From Chrysomallon squamiferum (taxonomy: Eukaryota; Animalia; Mollusca): 64,000 bases of DNA. The translations under genes were made by a program, and so were the position numbers. Under the pieces are notes generated by a model, which was not told where the DNA came from, ran no database searches, and saw nothing but the letters and a program-made list of their open reading frames with translations. The stretch is taken from assembly GCA_012295275.1 (NCBI GenBank), contig CM022676.1:4402001-4466000 (forward strand), written 5' to 3'. Positions 58,253 through 64,000 of this stretch are shown in pieces (positions within the stretch are counted from its first letter, which is position 1; each line of letters begins with the position of its first letter).

Positions 58253-58393
58253 GTAAGTGAACTGATATTAATAAATGCTAAAGAAGAAAACGAGTATAGT
58301 TTGTTAACTATACGCTTATTCAGACAATTTCACGAACATAAATCCCCATAAACATATATACATACATGCATAATACATACATACATACATACA

Positions 58394-58429
<36 letters not shown>

Positions 58430-58808
58430 TATATACATACATTCATATACATACATACATACATACATACATGCATATATAGATAGATAGATAGGTAGAT
58501 AGATTTTGAGAAAAACTAGATTCTAAATATGAAGGAAATAGTTTTATATAGATTTATAAATATCTTGGTCTAGAAGTGTCTTTATATGAAATGTTAAACA
58601 TTTTCTAGATTTGAAGAGAGACATTTCGTAAATGATTTTGAAATAGCTGTAAAATATAATACACAGACACACTCTTAGATCGATGTATATGAATGTATCT
58701 ATCTATTTGTGTATTTATATATATATACACAAATTAGGACGATTATTCTTTTCTCCGCACATCACAATTTTTAAATAAAACAAAACATAATTTAATTCCA
58801 TGTTTCAG

Positions 58809-58913
58809 ATAATCAGACTGCAGCAGCAACAGAACTTCAAGGTACAGAGAATTCATATTCTTCTCTAGAGGAAAGAGGATATGAGTTCGCATATAACGTC
58901 TTAATACCTGATG
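58809..58913 (+). CDS. Copy E ITAM exon (ENSYSSLEERGYEFAYNVL)
   Basis: 105 nt, phase 1-1, tttcag|...|gtaaca. Confidence 0.8.
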
Positions 58914-59739
58914 GTAACAGAACTGATATTAATAAATGATAAAGAAGAAAACGAGTATTGTTTGTTAATCATACGTTTATTCAGACACTTTCACGAAAAA
59001 AGAAAGAAGATAGATAGATAGATAGATGGATGGATAGATAGATATTTCTTTTCCGGTGATTACTAGTATATATATAAAGTGAAAATTCCTTATACGAAAT
59101 GTTTCGGAATTTCCAGAATTTTTGGATTTTTGGATTTTCGATTTGATGAGATAACCTTAAAATAGAAACATTTTAAATATTAATTCGATTTATATTTCAT
59201 ATGTAGCTTAAGTAGATAGTTATTTTATGTTAAAATTGTTTTAAATGAGAAATGACCCATCCTTACAATTACATATTAATTAATAGGTAGATCGGTACAC
59301 ACACACTTACGTACGTTACAGATTTAGATGCACACACAGACATAGCATACATGAAAACAACGATATTTTAGTTTGATTAATATAGGTGTAAAAACTTGCG
59401 TTTCCGAATTAATTCACTAGAAGGTACAGAAATATTATATATTTATGTTGCAAAGAATGTATTTTCTTTTCCTTTTGTTGTTCCGAAGTATTAGATGTTT
59501 TACAGATTTTGAGAAAGAATAGATTCTAAATATGTTCGAAATAGTTTTAAGTAGATTGATAAATGTGTTTGTGTAGAATTGTCTTTGTTTGAAATGTTAA
59601 AATTGTTCTAGATTTTGAAGAGAGACACTTTGTAAATGATTTTGAAACAGCTATAAAATATAGTATACACAGCCACATCCACTTTCTTACATCGATGTAT
59701 ATTTATGTATCTATATCTGTATGTATGTATCTATGTGTC

Positions 59740-59777
<38 letters not shown>

Positions 59778-59860
59778 CACGCACGTTAGCACGATTATTG
59801 TTTTCTCCGCACATCACAATTTTTAAATAAAACAAAACATAATTTCATTCCACGTTTCAG

Positions 59861-59965
59861 AAAATCAGACTGCACCAGCAACAGAACTTCAAGAATCATG
59901 GAATTCATATTCTTCTCTGGGAGAAAGAGGATATGAGTTCGCATATGACGTCTTAATACCTGGTG
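59861..59965 (+). CDS. Copy E ITAM exon (WNSYSSLGERGYEFAYDVL)
   Basis: 105 nt, phase 1-1, tttcag|...|gtaagt. Confidence 0.8.
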
Positions 59966-60425
59966 GTAAGTGAACTGATATTAATAAATGATAAAGAAGA
60001 AAACGAGTATTGTTTGCTAATCATACACTTATTCAGACACTTTCACCAAAGAAAACAACAAGGTTGTCTTACTGTTGTGATGTACAAAGAATGGGAACAT
60101 GTCATACATATATAGATAGAGAGGTAGATAGATAGATATGGTTGTTTCTTTTCTGGTTATAAATCGTATATATATATTATATAAGTTGACAAACCCTTAT
60201 CCGAAATGTTTCGATTTTCGATTTGATGAGATAGCCTTAAAATAGAAACATTCTAAATACTAATTTCATTTATGTTTCATATACACCTTAACTAAATAGT
60301 TATTTTATGTTAAAATTGTGTTTGTGTGTTTATATATGTCTACAGACACACACGATAGCACGATTATTGTTTTCTCCACACCTCACAAGTCTTTATAGAA
60401 ACGAAAATTTCATTGCATGTTTCAG

Positions 60426-60475
60426 ATAATCAGACTGCGCCAGCGGCTGTACAACAAGATACAGAGATGTGTTAA
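60426..60475 (+). CDS. Copy E terminal exon DNQTAPAAVQQDTEMC*
   Basis: Same acceptor and start as the ITAM exons; relative to the D' terminal exon the ITAM core is deleted. Confidence 0.68.
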
Positions 60476-63400
60476 AGTTTGAAAATAAACGAAACTGCTG
60501 TTCATGAATGACAAAGAAGGAAACAAGTTCTCTTTGTTAATAATTCACTTCTTAAATCTGTTTCATGAAAACCTACAGAATATTAATTTATTACAACTTT
60601 TTTTTATTAAAATACAAAGACTTCAGTTTGTACAATGACACCACATTTGAACTGCGTAAATAGCTACCTGTGGGAAATGTTATAAATATTTTAATGAGTT
60701 GCTAATCGCGAATTTTTAATCATTCATTACCATTGTCTGAGATGTGACTCTAACTATATGAAAACTTCGGGAGATTTCTGACTTAAAATTAAACTATTTA
60801 CCCACGTATACCTTAACTAAAAGAAACATTTGATCAATCTCAGTAACACTGATCTCATTCGGAAATGTTTCATCTTTTAATCTTTTATATTTCCTCAGAT
60901 GTAAGATCCTTGACGTCATGAAAGTCTTTATTTTGTTGTATAACAGTAACATGAGAAATGAAATTCCTGGCTGACAATGTCAGAATAAATCTATATTTAC
61001 AGCTGGGTTTTTTTTATATACTAATAAGAGTGTTCTTTCCACGGTTTCGTAAACTTTATCTGTCAAAGCTGTTCTCTTTTTTGGTGATACTTGTGAGTTT
61101 TTCATATTTTTATAAGCATAATTCTACATGATGATTTTGTAAAATTTGGACGAGGGTTCGAGCGTACCAATCGATTTTGTTTGATTTTTGTTGTTTGTTT
61201 GTTTTTTATATTGAAATATACGGCTTAGATTGGATTTAAAAGTCTTTTGTTTTTTCAAACAATGTTTCAGTATGTGCATGTTTCCTGTTAAATGTCTTTC
61301 TCTATACTGTTAGATTTTATTTGGAATTGTTGCTTATGTAACACAGACCGAAATGTCAGAAAATGGGTTAAAGGAATTGTGAGCAAGCAGTTAGAATTGG
61401 AAATAGGACAAGGGACATAATGAAGGGAACTGATTTAACTACTAAACTAGTGTGTAGTATTTCTCTGTCACTATGTCATGTTTCTTTATCATATAGCAGG
61501 TTTGTTTATGTGTTCGCGATAACTAAAACTGTTTGATGAAAACCTTCAGAATATTAATTTCTTAAAAAATTGTTTTAATTAAAATACAAAGACTTCAGTT
61601 GCTACAGTGACACCAGATTTGAACTGTGTAAAGAGCTACCTGTGAGAAATGTTATAAACATTTTAAAGAGTTGCTAATCGCGAATTTCTACCATTCATTA
61701 ACATTGTGTGAATTGTGAATGTAACTATATTAAAATCTCCTGTTATTTATCATGTAAAATTAACGTATTAAATAGATACACATAAACAAAAAAAAAAAGT
61801 TTTATCAATCTCAGTAATGGCTTCCCGCGATGATACCCAAGAAATGGAACTTCGTTCATATTCGCAAATTTTCTATTTTTATTTTATTTAATTTTTAAAT
61901 AAACATTTCTTTTATAATGGTGACATGAGAAATGAAATTATTGGCTGACAATGAGAGAATAAAACTATATTTACAGTTTTCTTTACTAACAAGAGTACCC
62001 GCTCTAGTGTCTGGTAACCTGTATCATTTTTGGTATACTTTTGAGTTCTTCATCTTTTTACACTCAATCTGCATTGAGTGGGGTTTAATTCTGTATGATG
62101 ATTTTATGACGATTTCTGTAAAAGTTTGAGGAGTGCGTACGAACTGATTTTTCATATTAACTGCTTGTGTAGTATTTAAAACGTACGAATACATGGGATT
62201 AACGTGAAGAACTGTTCAACCCGTGGAATTCCATTGTTGATACTTCGTTTCCAGGACAACGGATGACACGGCAAAGCAATATAGCCAGATGACGAGAGGA
62301 ATATTGCCAGGAAGGTTCTGACGTCATGACATTTCTATTATTTCTCAGTAACCACCGCTTTGAAACACAATGGCTTTTGCTAACAAAAAAATCTCTCGAT
62401 GATTTAAATAACAAAATTTCAGCTACAGTGTACTGTAAGCAGCGGTATCAAAAAAATAAAAAATAAAAAATAAATCATAATCTGCAGAAATGGATCATAT
62501 ATGATATACTGCATAGCTACTTGTTGACCAGAAAAATAAATAAATAAATAAAAATAATAAAATCCACATACAATATTTTCACTGTTCATGTGTTTCTCTG
62601 TTGTAATGAATCGACTTGTGACTGACATTCTGATGTAGAATTACTGTTGTACGCCTTCAGTATTTTTTGCAAACTTCATTTATAACAAAGAAAAGGAACT
62701 GAAGAACTGGGTTAGAGAGAAATTCAAATTAACTGGTGTAATCACTAATATCCGTACACTTTTACATCTCTGAATACAGATGTATTACTAAAATATTGCT
62801 TTGAATTAATTAGGAAACTTATCTCTGTTGTCCTGTTTAATTTGTTTTTTTTCTTTCTTTTACCCTCTTTTCAAACTTCTAGAACTGTACTAGCAGATGT
62901 AAATAGTTGATTTTACTTGTTATCCAGACTTAAAAGGAACTCGGGAAGAAGAATCATTATAGAAAAAAGAAGGAAAAATGAAGATTGCATATTGCTGCTT
63001 GTGTAACAATGACTGAAATGATAGAAAATTTGTTAAAGAATTTGTGAGCAAGCAGTTGGAACGGGAAATATGATAAGGGAAGTAATGGAGGGAACTAGTG
63101 TGTACTATTTTTCTGTTCATTATATTATCTTTTTTTATATTAGCAGGTTTCTTTCTGTGTTCGTGATCACAACGATTTTTTCGTTGACATAATAAATACA
63201 TTTTCCAGTTCTCTGCTATATTTTATTCTTTCCCTTCGTACACAATAAGTAAACTAATGTTTCTCTTTGTTTTTCAAATGTGTTCATCTCTTTGTGTGTC
63301 TTTGTTTATAACAAGCTTTCTCCATCGATTTTTTATTTCAACTGTTCTGATTATACACACCTCTCTTTTCTTTTCTATTATTCTCAATTTATCTGTTTAT

Positions 63401-64000
63401 CTGTCTGATTGTTCTTTCTTTCTTTACTCACACACAATAGAAAGAGTATGCTACTCAATGACTTGACAGAAAGAGTGTCATGTGCTTTAGGTTATATCGT
63501 TAGTTCGTCTTTTTTTCATGCGTCACTGGTTTTAAACAGAGTGGTAGGCTCAGAACATACAACAATAACACTGACCACGTGATGTCATGACGTATATATA
63601 TATACATATATTTAAATATTACATATACCAAAATAAAACTGACGAATGTTTAAATATATATATATAGATAGATATATATGCGTCATAACGTGACTTGGTC
63701 AGTTTTATTTTGGGATGTTGTAACTCTACACTCTATTTATGTGTGTGTGAGTGTGTGTGTTTGTGAGTTATGTATATATGTATATATATATGTATATGTA
63801 AACACAAACATATACCCACATACATACATATATACATATAGAGATATATACATACATCTAGACATACTGTATATACATATATGTATAAATGCAAATATGG
63901 AAATACATACACCTGTATGGTAAAATATCTTCACACATACTTATAAACGTACATAAATACACTCGGACATGAATAAAAATAAAAGCAATAAAAAAAAGAA

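Noticed and set aside
62240-62900. Higher-complexity block (partly paralogous to 29270-29900) as a separate gene
   Set aside because: No convincing open frame or recognisable motif, and stops or indels differ between the two copies.

Overview
AT-rich, microsatellite-dense eukaryotic DNA. The repeat landscape resembles mollusc or cephalopod genomes, which is inference only. The window is a duplicated cluster of one multi-exon gene family of immunoglobulin-superfamily receptors, reconstructed by hand from splice sites and exon phases. The exon order is: signal-peptide exon, five phase-1 Ig exons (V-like, C2-like, V-like, C2-like, membrane-proximal), a transmembrane exon, a 31-nt microexon, then repeated cytoplasmic exons each encoding an ITAM-consensus motif (YxxL-x8-YxxL/I). 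The ORF track misses the TM and ITAM exons. Gene bodies are A, B, C and D/D' on the minus strand and E on the plus strand. About 12 leader/promoter cassettes accompany them, more than the number of gene bodies. The N-terminal Ig domain varies strongly at three CDR-like loops on a conserved framework and is mosaic between copies. No copy is fully intact as assembled, and several lesions specifically uncouple the ectodomain from the TM/ITAM tail. Also present are a Tc1-like remnant, hAT-like MITEs, inversions and a 200-N gap. Most ORFs in the supplied track are microsatellite artefacts.
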